Positions 1 through 10,037 of a stretch of 64,000 nucleotides of DNA are shown here, piece after piece (position 1 is the stretch's first letter; each line of letters begins with the position of its first letter). The DNA is from Blastocatellia bacterium. Its GTDB lineage: Bacteria > Acidobacteriota > Blastocatellia > UBA7656. The position numbers were made by a program, and so were the translations under genes. The DNA lies in contig DASQDI010000034.1 in NCBI GenBank assembly GCA_035634255.1, positions 32,509-96,508 of the forward strand, read 5' to 3'. The notes beneath the pieces were generated by a model. The model saw nothing but the letters and a program-made list of their open reading frames with translations. It was not told the DNA's origin and made no database searches.

Positions 1-1
1 C

Positions 2-3000
2 CGCCTGCCGAGCAACGGAATCCCGACGGTCAGCGAGGTCAAGCAGACCGAAGACGAAGACAGGATCAATGCCGAGCACCTCGTCTCCGAAGATCGGGCG
101 GGCGCTCTGGATATCTTCGCTCTGGCGGCGAGGTACAACCCGCTCTCGAAGATCGACCCGCTCCGCGTCGCGTCGGTGGTCACGAAAGCCCCGAGGGCGA
201 TGTACGCGATGCTGACCACAACGGCCAGCGCGTCCAGCGCGGCGCCGGCCGCTCCGATAACGCCGGTGGAGGTGACCAAGAGCATCGCCCAGATTCCGGC
301 GGGCCGCTCGGTCACGATAATGTTCAACGTGACCGTCAACGCGGCGAACACGATACCTGCGGGCACGACTCAGGTCTGCAACGATGCCTCGGTCTCTGCC
401 CAGAGCGCCATGGGTCCCGTCAGCGCGACCAGTAATGAGGTCTGTACGGACCTGAACCTCCCGCCGAGGGTGACCACTCAACCGAATGATGCGAGCGTGT
501 GTGCCGGGGAGAACGCGGTCTTCACCGCGGCCGCGACCGGCGCGCCCGTCCCGACCGTGCAGTGGGAAGTCAGCACTGACGGCACGACCTTTACCCCCGT
601 CAACACGGGCGTCAGCAATAACACCGCTGGCGGCATCATCACCAGCACCCTGACCGTCCCTGCGGTGACCGTTTCGCAAAACGGGCATAAATACCGCGCC
701 AAGTTCACTAACAACGCGGACCCTGCCACGCCGACCGCCACGACCAACACCGTGACGCTTACGGTCAAGCAGCCGCCGACCATCCTGAAGGAGTTCATGC
801 CCACGTCGATTCCGCTCAACGGAGTCTCGACGATCAAGTTTACGATCACGAACCCGAACGCTTCGATTGGCCTGACGGGCATCGGATTCTCTGACAACCT
901 CCCGGCGGGGTTGCAGGTGGCAGCCGATCCGGCCATAGCCGCAACCTGCACGGGGACCTGGAATGCGTCGCCGGGTGATACGACTCTTAACTTCGGCGGA
1001 GGCACTCTGGCCGCCGGCGCTTCCTGCACGCTCATGGTCAACGTGACGGCCACGACCGCGGGAGTGAAGAACAACACGACCAACGCCATCACTTCAGTCG
1101 AGTGCCCGAACGGCGCGACCAGCAACACGGCTACGCTCACCGTCGTAGCGCCGCCGAGCATAGCCAAGTCGTTCAGCCCGAACTCAATCGGGGTCGGCGA
1201 CACGTCAACCCTGACGTTCACGATCACCAACCCGAACTCCGCGACCGCTCTCACGGGAGTCGCCTTTACCGACGTGCTTCCCGCAGGTCTGAGCGTGGCG
1301 GACGGCAGCTTCGCGGCCTGCGGAGGGACGGTCACGACGACCGCCGCCACTCGCACGATCTCCCTGAGCGGAGCATCTATAGCGGGCGGAGGCACCTGCA
1401 CCTTCAACGTGACGGTCACCGCCGCTTCGCCGGGTGTCCACACTAACACCACAGGCAACGTCACGTCGGCCAACGGCGGGACGGGCAACACCGCGACGGC
1501 GAACATCACCGTCATCGCCCCGCCGAGCATAGCCAAGGCGTTCAACCCCACGACCATCGCGGTCGGCGGAACGTCAACCTTAACGTTCACGATAACGAAC
1601 CCGAATCCTTCGATAACGCTCACGGGAGTCGCCTTCACCGACGTGCTCCCGGCAGGGCTCGGCGTAGCAGACGGCAGCTTCGCGGCCTGCGGAGGGACGG
1701 TCACGACGACCGCCGCCACTCGCACGATCTCCCTGAGCGGAGCATCTATAGCGGGCGGAGGCACCTGCACCTTCAACGTGACGGTCATGGGCGTTTCAGA
1801 AGGAACTTTCACGAACACCACCGGCAATGTGACTTCGGCCAACGGAGGCACGGGCAACACCGCTTCGGCAAACATCACCGTCCTCAATCCGCCGAGCATA
1901 GCCAAGGTCTTCAACCCGGCTTCAATACCGGTCGGCGGAACGTCAGTGCTGACCTTCACCATCAACAACACAAACACGGCGACTATCCTGACGGGAGTCG
2001 CCTTCACCGACGTGCTTCCGGCGGGCCTGAGCGTTGCCGATGGGAGCTTCGCGGCCTGCGGCGGAACGGTGACGACAGTCGCCGCGACCCGTACAATCAC
2101 GCTCACCGGAGCGACTATCCCCGCTGGCGGAACTTGCACGTTCAGCGTCACGGTCGGCGGAGTGAGTGCCGGAGTTCACACGAACACGACCGGCAACGTG
2201 ACTTCGAGCAATGCCGGAACTGGCAATGCCGCGACAGCAGTCATCACGGTTGTCGGTCCTCCGTCAATCAGCAAGTCGTTCAGCCCGACCTCAATCTCGG
2301 TCGGCGGAACCTCGACTCTGACCTTCAACATCGCCAACGCGAACACGACGACCACTCTAACCGGGGTCGGCTTTACCGACGTGCTTCCGGCGGGACTTGA
2401 CGTTGCCGACGGCAGCTTCGCGGCTTGCGGAGGGACGGTCACGACGGTCGCCGCGACCCGCACGATCACCCTCACCGGGGCTTCGATTGCGGCCGGCGGA
2501 ACCTGCACCTTCAACGTGACGGTCACCGGAACCGCGTCAGGCAATTACACCAACACGACGGGCAATGTGACATCGAACGAAGGCGGAACAGGCAACACGG
2601 CCACGGCCATGATCAATGTTGTCGGTCCTCCGAGCATAGCCAAGTCGTTCAACCCGACATCGATCCCGATTGGCGGGACGTCACTACTGACGTTCACGAT
2701 CACGAACAACAATCCTTCTACCACTCTGACGGGAGTCGCGTTTACCGACGTGCTTCCCGCAGGTCTGAGCGTAGCGGACGGCACCTTCGCGGCCTGCGGA
2801 GGGACCGTGACTACGGTCGCCGCCACCCGCACGATCACCCTAACCGGAGCGACCATCGCCGGAGGCGGGACCTGCACGTTCGGCGTGACGGTCACAGGCG
2901 TAACTGAAGGGACGTTCACGAACACCACCGGTAACGTCACGTCGGCCAACGGCGGGACGGGCAACACGGCGACGGCGAACATCACCGTCATCGCCCCGCC

Positions 3001-5980
3001 GAGCATAGCCAAGGCGTTCAGCCCGGCTTCGATCCCGCAAGGCGGAACCTCGACTCTGACGTTCACGATCATGAACACCAACACCTCGACCACGCTCAAC
3101 GGGGTGAGCTTCATCGACGTGCTTCCGGCGGGCCTGAGCGTTGCCGACGGCAGCTTCGCGGCTTGCGGAGGCACGGTGAACACGGTCGCCGCCACCCGCA
3201 CGATCACTCTGAGCGGAGCTTCGATTGCTCCGGGAGCCACCTGCACCTTCAGCGTCACGGTCGGCGGGGCGGCTGCCGGCGTCTTCACGAACACGACCGG
3301 CAACGTCACTTCGAGCAACGGCGGCACCGGCAACACCGCTTCGGCGAACATTACGGTTGTCGGTCCTCCGTCGATCAGCAAGGCGTTCAGCCCGACTTCG
3401 ATTCCGGTCGGCGGGACCTCCACCCTGACCTTCAACATCGCCAACGCGAACACGACGACCACGCTCACGGGAGTCGCGTTCACCGACGTGCTTCCCGCAG
3501 GAGTGAATGTTGCCGACGGCAGCTTCGCGGCCTGTGGAGGGACGGTCACGACGGTCGCCGCGACCCGCACGATCACCCTCACCGGGGCTTCGATTGCGCC
3601 GGGTGGAACCTGCACCTTCAACGTGACGGTGACCGGCGCAACCGCTGGCGTGAAGAACAACGTGACCGGTAACGTCACTTCGGCCAACGGGGGCACGGGT
3701 AACACCGCTTCGGCCACTCTGACCGTCGTAGCGCCGCCGAGCATAGCCAAGGCATTCAGCCCGACTTCAATTCCGGTCGGCGGGACCTCCACTCTCACCT
3801 TCACGATCACGAACTCCAACACGACGACCACGCTTACGGGAGTCGCCTTTACCGACGTGCTTCCCGCAGGTCTGAGCATCGTTGACGGAGTCTCGGCAGC
3901 GTGCGGAGGGGCGGTGACTACGGTCGCCGCGACCCGCACGATCACGCTCACGGGGGCATCGATAGCGCCGGGCGGAACCTGCATCTTCAGCGTCACCGTC
4001 ACCGGCACTACCGAAGGGGTAAAGAACAACGTCACCGGCAACGTGACATCAACCGAAGGCGGGACGGGCAACACCGCTTCGGCCACCATCACGGTCGTGT
4101 CGGGTCCGACGTTCACCAAGTCATTCGGCGCTGCCACGATCCCGGTGGGAGGCACGACATCCCTGACGTTCACGATCACGAACACCAACACTTCGACCAC
4201 TCTGACGGGGGTCACGTTCACCGACGTGCTTCCGGCAGGGCTTGAGGTGGCGGACTCTTCAACCTCGCAGTGTGGAGGCACTCTGACGACCACGGCCGCG
4301 ACCCGCACGATCACGCTCACGGGAGCTACGATAGCGCCGGGGGCCACCTGCACCTTCAACGTGACGGTGACCGGTTCTGCGGCGGGTGTGAAGAACAACG
4401 TGACCGGCAACATATCAACGAATGAAAGCGGTCAGGGTGGCACGGCAACGGCCAGCATCACGGTCGTCGCGCCGCCTTCGATCAGCAAAGCATTCGGGGC
4501 CGCCTCGATTCCTCTGAACGGGACCACGACGCTGACGTTCACGATCAACAACCCGAACTCGACGGTGAGCCTGACGGGAGTCGCCTTCACCGACGTGCTC
4601 CCGGCGGGGCTGAGCGTGGCTAACGGCAGCTTCGCGGCCTGCGGGGGGACGGTCACGACGACCGCCGCCACTCGCACGATCACGCTCGCCGGGGCGACCA
4701 TCGCCGCGAACGGGACGTGTACTTTCAGCGTCACGGTCACGGGCATCACGGCGGGGACGCAGACCAATACGACGGGCAACGTAACCTCGTCCAACGGCGG
4801 GACGGGCAACACCGCGACGGCAAGCGTCGTCGTCGTCTCTCCCCCGAACATCAGCAAGGCTTTCGGGGCCCCGAATATTCCTCTGAACGGAAGCACCACG
4901 CTCACGTTCACGATCAGCAACCCGAATAAGGCGACGATGCTTACCGGAGTCGGAGTCGTAGACGTGCTCCCGGCGGGGCTGAGCGTGGCTAACGGCAGCT
5001 TCGCGGCCTGCGGGGGGACGGTGACCACGGTCGCCGCGACCCGCACGATCACCCTCACCGGGGCTTCGATTGCGGCCGGCGGAACCTGCACCTTCACCGT
5101 CACGGTCACGGGCACAACGGTGGGCCTGAAGGTCAACGTCACGGGCAACGTCACTTCCGCCAACGGAGGGACGGGCAACACCGCGACGGCGTCCATACAG
5201 GTCAACTCAGCGCCGGTGGCCAAGTGCAAGAACGTCACCGTGTCGGCCGGGGCGAACTGCACGGCTAACGCTTCGATCAACGACGGCTCGTTCGATCCCG
5301 ATCCGGGCGATACGATTACGGTGGTCCAGACGCCCGCCGGCCCGTACCCGCTCGGCAACACGACCGTCACCCTGACGGTGACCGATAACCACGGCTCGTC
5401 GAGCACGTGCACGGGCGTCGTGACGGTCGTCGATACGACGCCTCCTGTCCTGAGCTGCCCGTCGAACATAGGGCCGAGTTCCGTCATACCCGTGAACGGG
5501 GGACTTAAGGTCACCTACCCGACTCCTGTGGCGACGGACAACTGCCCGAACCCGACGGTCGTCTGCGTTCCGCCGTCAGGGTCGATCTTCCCGGTGGGGA
5601 CGACGACCGTGACCTGCACGGCCACCGACGCGGGAGGCAACACGGCGGTCTGCACCTTCACCGTGACCACGTTCGACATCTGCCTGCAGGACGAGACCAA
5701 TCCGGGCGTGAAGCTCCTGCTCAACTCGCTCACGGGAGACTACGTCTTCTGCTGCAACGGGCAGCAGTTCACGGGCAGAGGGACGGCGAAGAAGAAAGGC
5801 CAGTCCATCACGTTCCAGCACATCACGGAAGACCGCAGGCTGAACGGGACGGTCAACCTTAACCAGAACTCGGGGACGGCAACCCTGCAAGCGCCTCCCG
5901 GACAAGTTCACTGCCAGATCGTTGACAGGGACATAAGGAATAACACTTGTGCCTGCGCGATCCAGCCGACCAAGCGTTGA
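2..5980 (+). CDS. Giant repetitive cell-surface adhesin-like protein, 5' partial (gene starts upstream of window). N-terminal Ig-like module, 12 tandem ~123-aa DUF11-type repeats, C-terminal HYR-like (hyalin-repeat) Cys-containing modules.
   Basis: Frame 2 is open from nt 2 with no stop before the ORF-track start at 176, so the window truncates the N-terminus. A 123-aa unit recurs 12 times: PPSIAK(A/S)F.P..I.VGGTS.LTFTI.N.N....LTGVAFTDVLPAGL.VADGSFAACGGTVTT.AATRTITL.GA.IA.GGTCTF.VTV. This is the classic conserved-repeat-domain (DUF11) signature. C-terminus: DNCPNP.V.C.PPSGS.FPVG.T.V.C.ATD..GN...C.F.V.V, a HYR-like Cys pattern. No recognisable sorting signal at the C-terminus. Confidence 0.8.
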   Translation, partial: RLPSNGIPTVSEVKQTEDEDRINAEHLVSEDRAGALDIFALAARYNPLSKIDPLRVASVVTKAPRAMYAMLTTTASASSAAPAAPITPVEVTKSIAQIPAGRSVTIMFNVTVNAANTIPAGTTQVCNDASVSAQSAMGPVSATSNEVCTDLNLPPRVTTQPNDASVCAGENAVFTAAATGAPVPTVQWEVSTDGTTFTPVNTGVSNNTAGGIITSTLTVPAVTVSQNGHKYRAKFTNNADPATPTATTNTVTLTVKQPPTILKEFMPTSIPLNGVSTIKFTITNPNASIGLTGIGFSDNLPAGLQVAADPAIAATCTGTWNASPGDTTLNFGGGTLAAGASCTLMVNVTATTAGVKNNTTNAITSVECPNGATSNTATLTVVAPPSIAKSFSPNSIGVGDTSTLTFTITNPNSATALTGVAFTDVLPAGLSVADGSFAACGGTVTTTAATRTISLSGASIAGGGTCTFNVTVTAASPGVHTNTTGNVTSANGGTGNTATANITVIAPPSIAKAFNPTTIAVGGTSTLTFTITNPNPSITLTGVAFTDVLPAGLGVADGSFAACGGTVTTTAATRTISLSGASIAGGGTCTFNVTVMGVSEGTFTNTTGNVTSANGGTGNTASANITVLNPPSIAKVFNPASIPVGGTSVLTFTINNTNTATILTGVAFTDVLPAGLSVADGSFAACGGTVTTVAATRTITLTGATIPAGGTCTFSVTVGGVSAGVHTNTTGNVTSSNAGTGNAATAVITVVGPPSISKSFSPTSISVGGTSTLTFNIANANTTTTLTGVGFTDVLPAGLDVADGSFAACGGTVTTVAATRTITLTGASIAAGGTCTFNVTVTGTASGNYTNTTGNVTSNEGGTGNTATAMINVVGPPSIAKSFNPTSIPIGGTSLLTFTITNNNPSTTLTGVAFTDVLPAGLSVADGTFAACGGTVTTVAATRTITLTGATIAGGGTCTFGVTVTGVTEGTFTNTTGNVTSANGGTGNTATANITVIAPPSIAKAFSPASIPQGGTSTLTFTIMNTNTSTTLNGVSFIDVLPAGLSVADGSFAACGGTVNTVAATRTITLSGASIAPGATCTFSVTVGGAAAGVFTNTTGNVTSSNGGTGNTASANITVVGPPSISKAFSPTSIPVGGTSTLTFNIANANTTTTLTGVAFTDVLPAGVNVADGSFAACGGTVTTVAATRTITLTGASIAPGGTCTFNVTVTGATAGVKNNVTGNVTSANGGTGNTASATLTVVAPPSIAKAFSPTSIPVGGTSTLTFTITNSNTTTTLTGVAFTDVLPAGLSIVDGVSAACGGAVTTVAATRTITLTGASIAPGGTCIFSVTVTGTTEGVKNNVTGNVTSTEGGTGNTASATITVVSGPTFTKSFGAATIPVGGTTSLTFTITNTNTSTTLTGVTFTDVLPAGLEVADSSTSQCGGTLTTTAATRTITLTGATIAPGATCTFNVTVTGSAAGVKNNVTGNISTNESGQGGTATASITVVAPPSISKAFGAASIPLNGTTTLTFTINNPNSTVSLTGVAFTDVLPAGLSVANGSFAACGGTVTTTAATRTITLAGATIAANGTCTFSVTVTGITAGTQTNTTGNVTSSNGGTGNTATASVVVVSPPNISKAFGAPNIPLNGSTTLTFTISNPNKATMLTGVGVVDVLPAGLSVANGSFAACGGTVTTVAATRTITLTGASIAAGGTCTFTVTVTGTTVGLKVNVTGNVTSANGGTGNTATASIQVNSAPVAKCKNVTVSAGANCTANASINDGSFDPDPGDTITVVQTPAGPYPLGNTTVTLTVTDNHGSSSTCTGVVTVVDTTPPVLSCPSNIGPSSVIPVNGGLKVTYPTPVATDNCPNPTVVCVPPSGSIFPVGTTTVTCTATDAGGNTAVCTFTVTTFDICLQDETNPGVKLLLNSLTGDYVFCCNGQQFTGRGTAKKKGQSITFQHITEDRRLNGTVNLNQNSGTATLQAPPGQVHCQIVDRDIRNNTCACAIQPTKR
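775..5230 (+). repeat. Coding tandem repeat array, 12 units of 369 nt, nearly identical at nucleotide level
   Basis: The 10-mer ccgccgagca recurs at 1151, 1520 and 1889, spacing exactly 369 nt, and so on through the gene. Long stretches are identical between units (e.g. ggcagcttcgcggcctgcggagggacggtcacgac). Confidence 0.85.
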
Positions 5981-6012
5981 CCAGGGTCGGCAACGTTTCC
6001 TAACACCTCGAA

Positions 6013-6040
6013 GGGCCGGACCACAACCGGCCCTTTTTCT
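6013..6040 (+). terminator. Rho-independent terminator-like hairpin downstream of adhesin gene
   Basis: gggccgg-accacaa-ccggccc followed by ttttt, 30 nt after the TGA at 5978-5980. Confidence 0.6.
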
Positions 6041-6265
6041 TTGCCTATTTTGGCTCGGGCTTCGATTGACACGCGAAATCGGTTTAAGTAAGATTGCCCA
6101 CGTTTTATTTGTATTCATCTCCTGGGGATTCTCAGATCGAATCAATTAAGCAAGCAAGCTATCTCACGGGTGCGCCCCGGAGCCTTAACGGATTCACCCA
6201 ACTCGATTTCGCATGGTCGATTAAGAGAGCGTCACGAAAGACCAACTGCCCGTAAGAGGACCATC

Positions 6266-8569
6266 ATGAGCGTACTGTCTTTTCCGCGAATCTACTTCAC
6301 AGGTTACATGGCGTGGGACCCCGCGACGGCCAACAACAACGACTATCTGCCCATCTACGACGGGCCCAACGCGGCGCTGGACTGGAGCTACCTGGGGACG
6401 CAGGGGATCACGCCCGAAAATTTCCAGGCCGAGTTCCGTCAGTGGGTAATCAGGTCGCACACGGACACCTGCCCCCCGGACCCTCCGAACGCGGCCACCG
6501 TCGACACCTGCACCGACTGCGGCACGCCTCCGGGTCAGGACCTGTGCCACATGGGGAGCCGGTGGGACTATTACGGGAGCAACGGCTGCTGGCTGGTCGA
6601 TTACCCGGCGGGCAACAAGGTGACCCTCACCACGGGCGGGGCGATTGCATACAATCAGCACCCCGCGGCCGACGACGCGATCCTGAATAAACCGGTCGTG
6701 ATCACCGGCAACACGTTCAGGGGCAGGCAATCCCCCGCGCGCCTGATCGACGTCAACCCCGAATCCCCGTGGTCTAGCCAGATATTTTTCGGGTCGATCA
6801 GGGCGGGGGACGACCAGACTTTCGTCAGCGGCCCGAGCAACCTGCGGATGCACTCCCGCCGCTTCTTCGTCCCCCGCAACATCAGCTCCGACCTGATCAT
6901 CGCGGGCGCGATAGGGGTGATCTTCCAGACCTCGATCCCCTTCGATCAGCTGAGCATTCAAAACGGCGGCAACTCTCAACTGCTGTCGACTCTGCAACAG
7001 GCGATGCAGGAGCAGGGCGCGCAGGGCCTTATGCTGAGGTTCTCCGCTTACAACACGCTCTACTACCAGAACGGGATTTACAACGACATAGCCCAGCAGC
7101 CCCGGACCTGTGACGAAATCGAGGCGATGTACGAGAACGGGGAGGTCTTCATGAACCCGGCTTACAGCGGGGTCACGGGGACGTTTGGGGTGTGGAATGA
7201 GGGCGAGCTTTCGACCGCGCCGGGCGGCCACTTCCTGGTCGCGAATCGGGCCGTCGCCCCCATCGCCCCGGCCCCGGCCGCGAGGTCCGCGTCGAGGAGC
7301 GGGGCCGTCCAGAAAGTCCCCGGCCATGGCAGCGTGATGTTCGAGGAACCAGTTTTATTAGCCGCCGCCCCGGCCGGTCTCCCCCCTCTTGCCCTCGGGC
7401 CGACGATGGCCGAGGTCGACGGCGCGAACGGCATCGTCTCGCTCGACATGAGCAACACGATCCCCGAGTACACGCTCGCGGGAGACAAGTACGACTTCGG
7501 CCCCATCGCGGTCGGGGTGCAGGTGGACGGCTCTTTCAACCAGATAGGCACCTTCACGAATTACGACAGGGAGAGCTATTACGCCACGTCCGGCCTGATC
7601 GACGTGCCGTTTGATGACGGGGTGACGTGGGCGAACGTGCGGCAATGGCTTGAGCAAGGGCTGATGGCGTTACAGGTGCCGCAAGGTAATAAGAAGGTGA
7701 TCGCGTCTCTTGAACTCCCCCTCACCGCCGAGACCGACGACCGGGGGATATACCTCGACGAGTGCCGGACCGCGGAGGTCACGGTTCAGGTCCGCTATAA
7801 GAACGGAGCGCCCCCGCCGGGGACGAAGATTCTGCTGGCGCAGTATTACCCGTGGACTCTGAACGTGGGGGCCGGTCAGTGGCAGCTTTTCGGAGCGCCC
7901 CCGCCCTCTGGCGATTCGAGTTCTTTCTGCACGGCCACTCCCGAAAGTGAATACCTGACGTTCCCCGGCGGCGAGGTTGCCGATGTCGTAATCCCGTATC
8001 TGAACGGCAGCCCCGCGCCCTACGGCGAGGCGACGGTCCGGCTAGAGTGGGCTAGCCCCGGCTTTCCCGTCGTGGCCTTCTACCCGTTCCTGCAGGGCGA
8101 GCCGCAGCCCACCCCGCAGAGCTCCGTGATCTTCAAATTCCAGAATTACAACACCTACACCATCGCGAATGCTTTCTACTGCACGGTGCGGGCGATGGCT
8201 CAGGATAACAGCCTGGTGCAGCAGTTCGTCGACCGGTGGAACGGGACGGGCCAGTTCGCGGGCCAGCCGCAATACGACCGCCTGCTGGCGTGGAATTTCA
8301 TTTATGGGAACATACTCTACGTGTACGACATGCTTTACCCGGTGATGGACCAGTTCGTGCCTCTGGGGAGCCTTGAGCAGGTGGAGGGGGCCATCAACCA
8401 GCTGGTCACGATGATATCGGAAGACTGGGTCAACGCGAGCACGTTATACATGCCGATCACCCGCGAGCTGTCGGCGGGCAAGCGGATAATTCTGAAGACG
8501 TGGGGAGACTTAGTTATTCGGAAGTACCCCCGTCAGCCTTTGCCGCCGATAGTAGTTCCCTGCGATTGA
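6266..8569 (+). CDS. Large hypothetical protein, ~767 aa from the ATG at 6266 (ORF track extends to 6170). No recognisable domain, no signal peptide.
   Basis: Long ORF with GC-rich third positions. aagagga SD 7 nt upstream of the ATG at 6266 (MSVLSFPRIYFTGYMAWDP...). The antisense ORF 6221..7327 is shorter and judged an artefact. Confidence 0.6.
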   Translation: MSVLSFPRIYFTGYMAWDPATANNNDYLPIYDGPNAALDWSYLGTQGITPENFQAEFRQWVIRSHTDTCPPDPPNAATVDTCTDCGTPPGQDLCHMGSRWDYYGSNGCWLVDYPAGNKVTLTTGGAIAYNQHPAADDAILNKPVVITGNTFRGRQSPARLIDVNPESPWSSQIFFGSIRAGDDQTFVSGPSNLRMHSRRFFVPRNISSDLIIAGAIGVIFQTSIPFDQLSIQNGGNSQLLSTLQQAMQEQGAQGLMLRFSAYNTLYYQNGIYNDIAQQPRTCDEIEAMYENGEVFMNPAYSGVTGTFGVWNEGELSTAPGGHFLVANRAVAPIAPAPAARSASRSGAVQKVPGHGSVMFEEPVLLAAAPAGLPPLALGPTMAEVDGANGIVSLDMSNTIPEYTLAGDKYDFGPIAVGVQVDGSFNQIGTFTNYDRESYYATSGLIDVPFDDGVTWANVRQWLEQGLMALQVPQGNKKVIASLELPLTAETDDRGIYLDECRTAEVTVQVRYKNGAPPPGTKILLAQYYPWTLNVGAGQWQLFGAPPPSGDSSSFCTATPESEYLTFPGGEVADVVIPYLNGSPAPYGEATVRLEWASPGFPVVAFYPFLQGEPQPTPQSSVIFKFQNYNTYTIANAFYCTVRAMAQDNSLVQQFVDRWNGTGQFAGQPQYDRLLAWNFIYGNILYVYDMLYPVMDQFVPLGSLEQVEGAINQLVTMISEDWVNASTLYMPITRELSAGKRIILKTWGDLVIRKYPRQPLPPIVVPCD

Positions 8570-8621
8570 GACTTGAGAAGCATAAAAGCCATCGGGTATA
8601 CTTTGACCTTCTCGAAATTGT

Positions 8622-8711
8622 GGAGAAGTCGCCTAGTGGCTGAGGGCGGCGGTTTGCTAAACCGCTATAGGCTGTAAAGGCCTATCGAGGGTTCGAATCC
8701 CTCCTTCTCCG
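8622..8711 (+). tRNA. tRNA-Ser (anticodon GCU)
   Basis: Cloverleaf read by eye. Acceptor ggagaag/cttctcc. Anticodon stem gcggt/accgc with loop ttGCTaa. Long variable arm (aggctgtaaaggcctat) typical of Ser/Leu. T-arm gaggg-ttcgaat-ccctc, discriminator G. CCA not encoded. Confidence 0.85.
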
Positions 8712-8735
8712 TTGATTCATTCAGTCCAAACGGCA

Positions 8736-8768
8736 AAGGGCAACCCTCGTCAGAAGGTTGCCCTTTTG
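8736..8768 (+). terminator. Rho-independent terminator after tRNA-Ser
   Basis: Perfect 10-bp stem aagggcaacc / ggttgccctt with a 10-nt loop, followed by a U-tract (ttttgct). Confidence 0.7.
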
Positions 8769-8941
8769 CTATCGCACCGCCTCACTGCTCTGTACCAAAG
8801 ATTCCCCGCTCGTTGAGCAAGTCGGCCGAGGTAATGTCGGCGGCGATCATTTCGGTGGATTCCGTTCGGAATAACCGTGTGGCGGTTGTACGCACTGTTT
8901 GAAGCAGAAGCGCTTCCCCTTACCCAACCCCGTCCGCAACC

Positions 8942-9853
8942 TCAGCCTCGGCTTTCGGTCCGCTTCAATTCATCGGAGAATTTTAGCGCCTCTCGCAACA
9001 CGTGGTCGGCCAGGGCCGGATGAATAATGCTCTTGATCTGGCCCGCTTCTATTCCCTTTTGCGCCGTCTTCTTGAAGGCAATGAGCTCATCCAGAGAGCC
9101 CTTAACATCATTCGATTTATTCGCCCCGCGCCAGGCCTTGCTAGTCTTCATCGCCTTTTCAATGAGCATACGCTCCTCCGGGTCGAGCAGATGAGCAATA
9201 AAATCGGCATGGTCGGCCATGATGCGGGTCCAGAAATCAACCACCTCGCCGTGATCCAGCTCGACCTTACCGCGAGAGAAGCCGTCGAGGCGTTTGGCGA
9301 AGCGGTCCCCCTCAAGCGCGGTGTGTTCAAAGAAGGCAGGCCAGGCCAGGCTCTTTAGCTGGCCTGATGCCTGCGCCTTTTCCATTTGTTGCTTGAGGTC
9401 AATAAACCTCCTAACCAGTTCGATGGTGGATTGGTTGAAAGCCGCCAGGTTGCCCTTGTCGAGCCGCGCGCTTTTCACCTTATCAAGCTGGCCGGTAAAT
9501 TGATTATGGAACTGCTGCGTTTGCGCTCGCTGAGCGTCTAGCTCCGGCGAAGGCATGTGCAGGATGAAGAACTTGGCATGCTCAGCTTCCTGGTCCAGCC
9601 AAAAAAGACTTTCCGCGAGCGAATGCGCTACAGGGTCAGTAGAACCAGCCGCGGGGACGAAGACCGGCTTCTTTGCCCCGCTTAAAGTCATCACGCCCGG
9701 AAACATCTTGTCGTCGCCCAGAAACCTGGCGAAGATGTTTGTTTGCAGGGTAAGCCCTACAAGGCTTGCTCCGCCAGCCAGCAGGACTTGTCGGCGCGTG
9801 ATAGGTCCGTTTTGCTCGGGTCCTACATTGTCACAATGTTTCTTGTTACTCAT
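8942..9853 (-). CDS. Hypothetical Tat-signal (twin-arginine) exported protein, 303 aa
   Basis: N-terminus ...ITRRQVLLAGGASLVGLTL has an RR motif followed by a hydrophobic h-region. Internally repeated helical segments with His/Glu/Asp (HAKFF..HMP; ADHADFIAHLLDPEE) suggest a possible metal-binding helical bundle. Family not recognised. Confidence 0.55.
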   Translation of the reverse strand: MSNKKHCDNVGPEQNGPITRRQVLLAGGASLVGLTLQTNIFARFLGDDKMFPGVMTLSGAKKPVFVPAAGSTDPVAHSLAESLFWLDQEAEHAKFFILHMPSPELDAQRAQTQQFHNQFTGQLDKVKSARLDKGNLAAFNQSTIELVRRFIDLKQQMEKAQASGQLKSLAWPAFFEHTALEGDRFAKRLDGFSRGKVELDHGEVVDFWTRIMADHADFIAHLLDPEERMLIEKAMKTSKAWRGANKSNDVKGSLDELIAFKKTAQKGIEAGQIKSIIHPALADHVLREALKFSDELKRTESRG

Positions 9854-10037
9854 TTTCCCCTCCCCATATTGAGTTGTGTTCGTCCACTAAGCTATTTCCC
9901 CTAACTATCAGATATGAATGAGTGCATGATAATAACCGTCCTCCGAAAGATGAGGCCCTGAAGGTAAGCGCCGTGGCGATGAGAAGGGTCTTACTAATCC
10001 AGGGGGCCCAGATATTCCGGCCGTGTTACCTTGAATC

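Noticed and set aside
478-5514. Long minus-strand ORFs (557, 622, 360 aa etc.) and many shorter ORFs on both strands inside the adhesin gene
   Set aside because: They are antisense or alternative frames of a high-GC, internally repetitive gene. Their repetitive Pro/Val/Ala-rich translations mirror the repeat period and contain no motifs. The plus-strand frame carries the clear DUF11/HYR signatures.
6221-7327. 368-aa minus-strand ORF
   Set aside because: Antisense to the longer 6266-8569 ORF. Arg/Gly/Pro-rich composition is typical of GC-rich out-of-frame translation.
8622-8800. tRNA-Ser and tRNA-Arg loci inspected as potential integration sites of mobile elements
   Set aside because: No integrase, excisionase, transposase or direct repeat duplicating a tRNA 3' end was seen within several kb of either tRNA.
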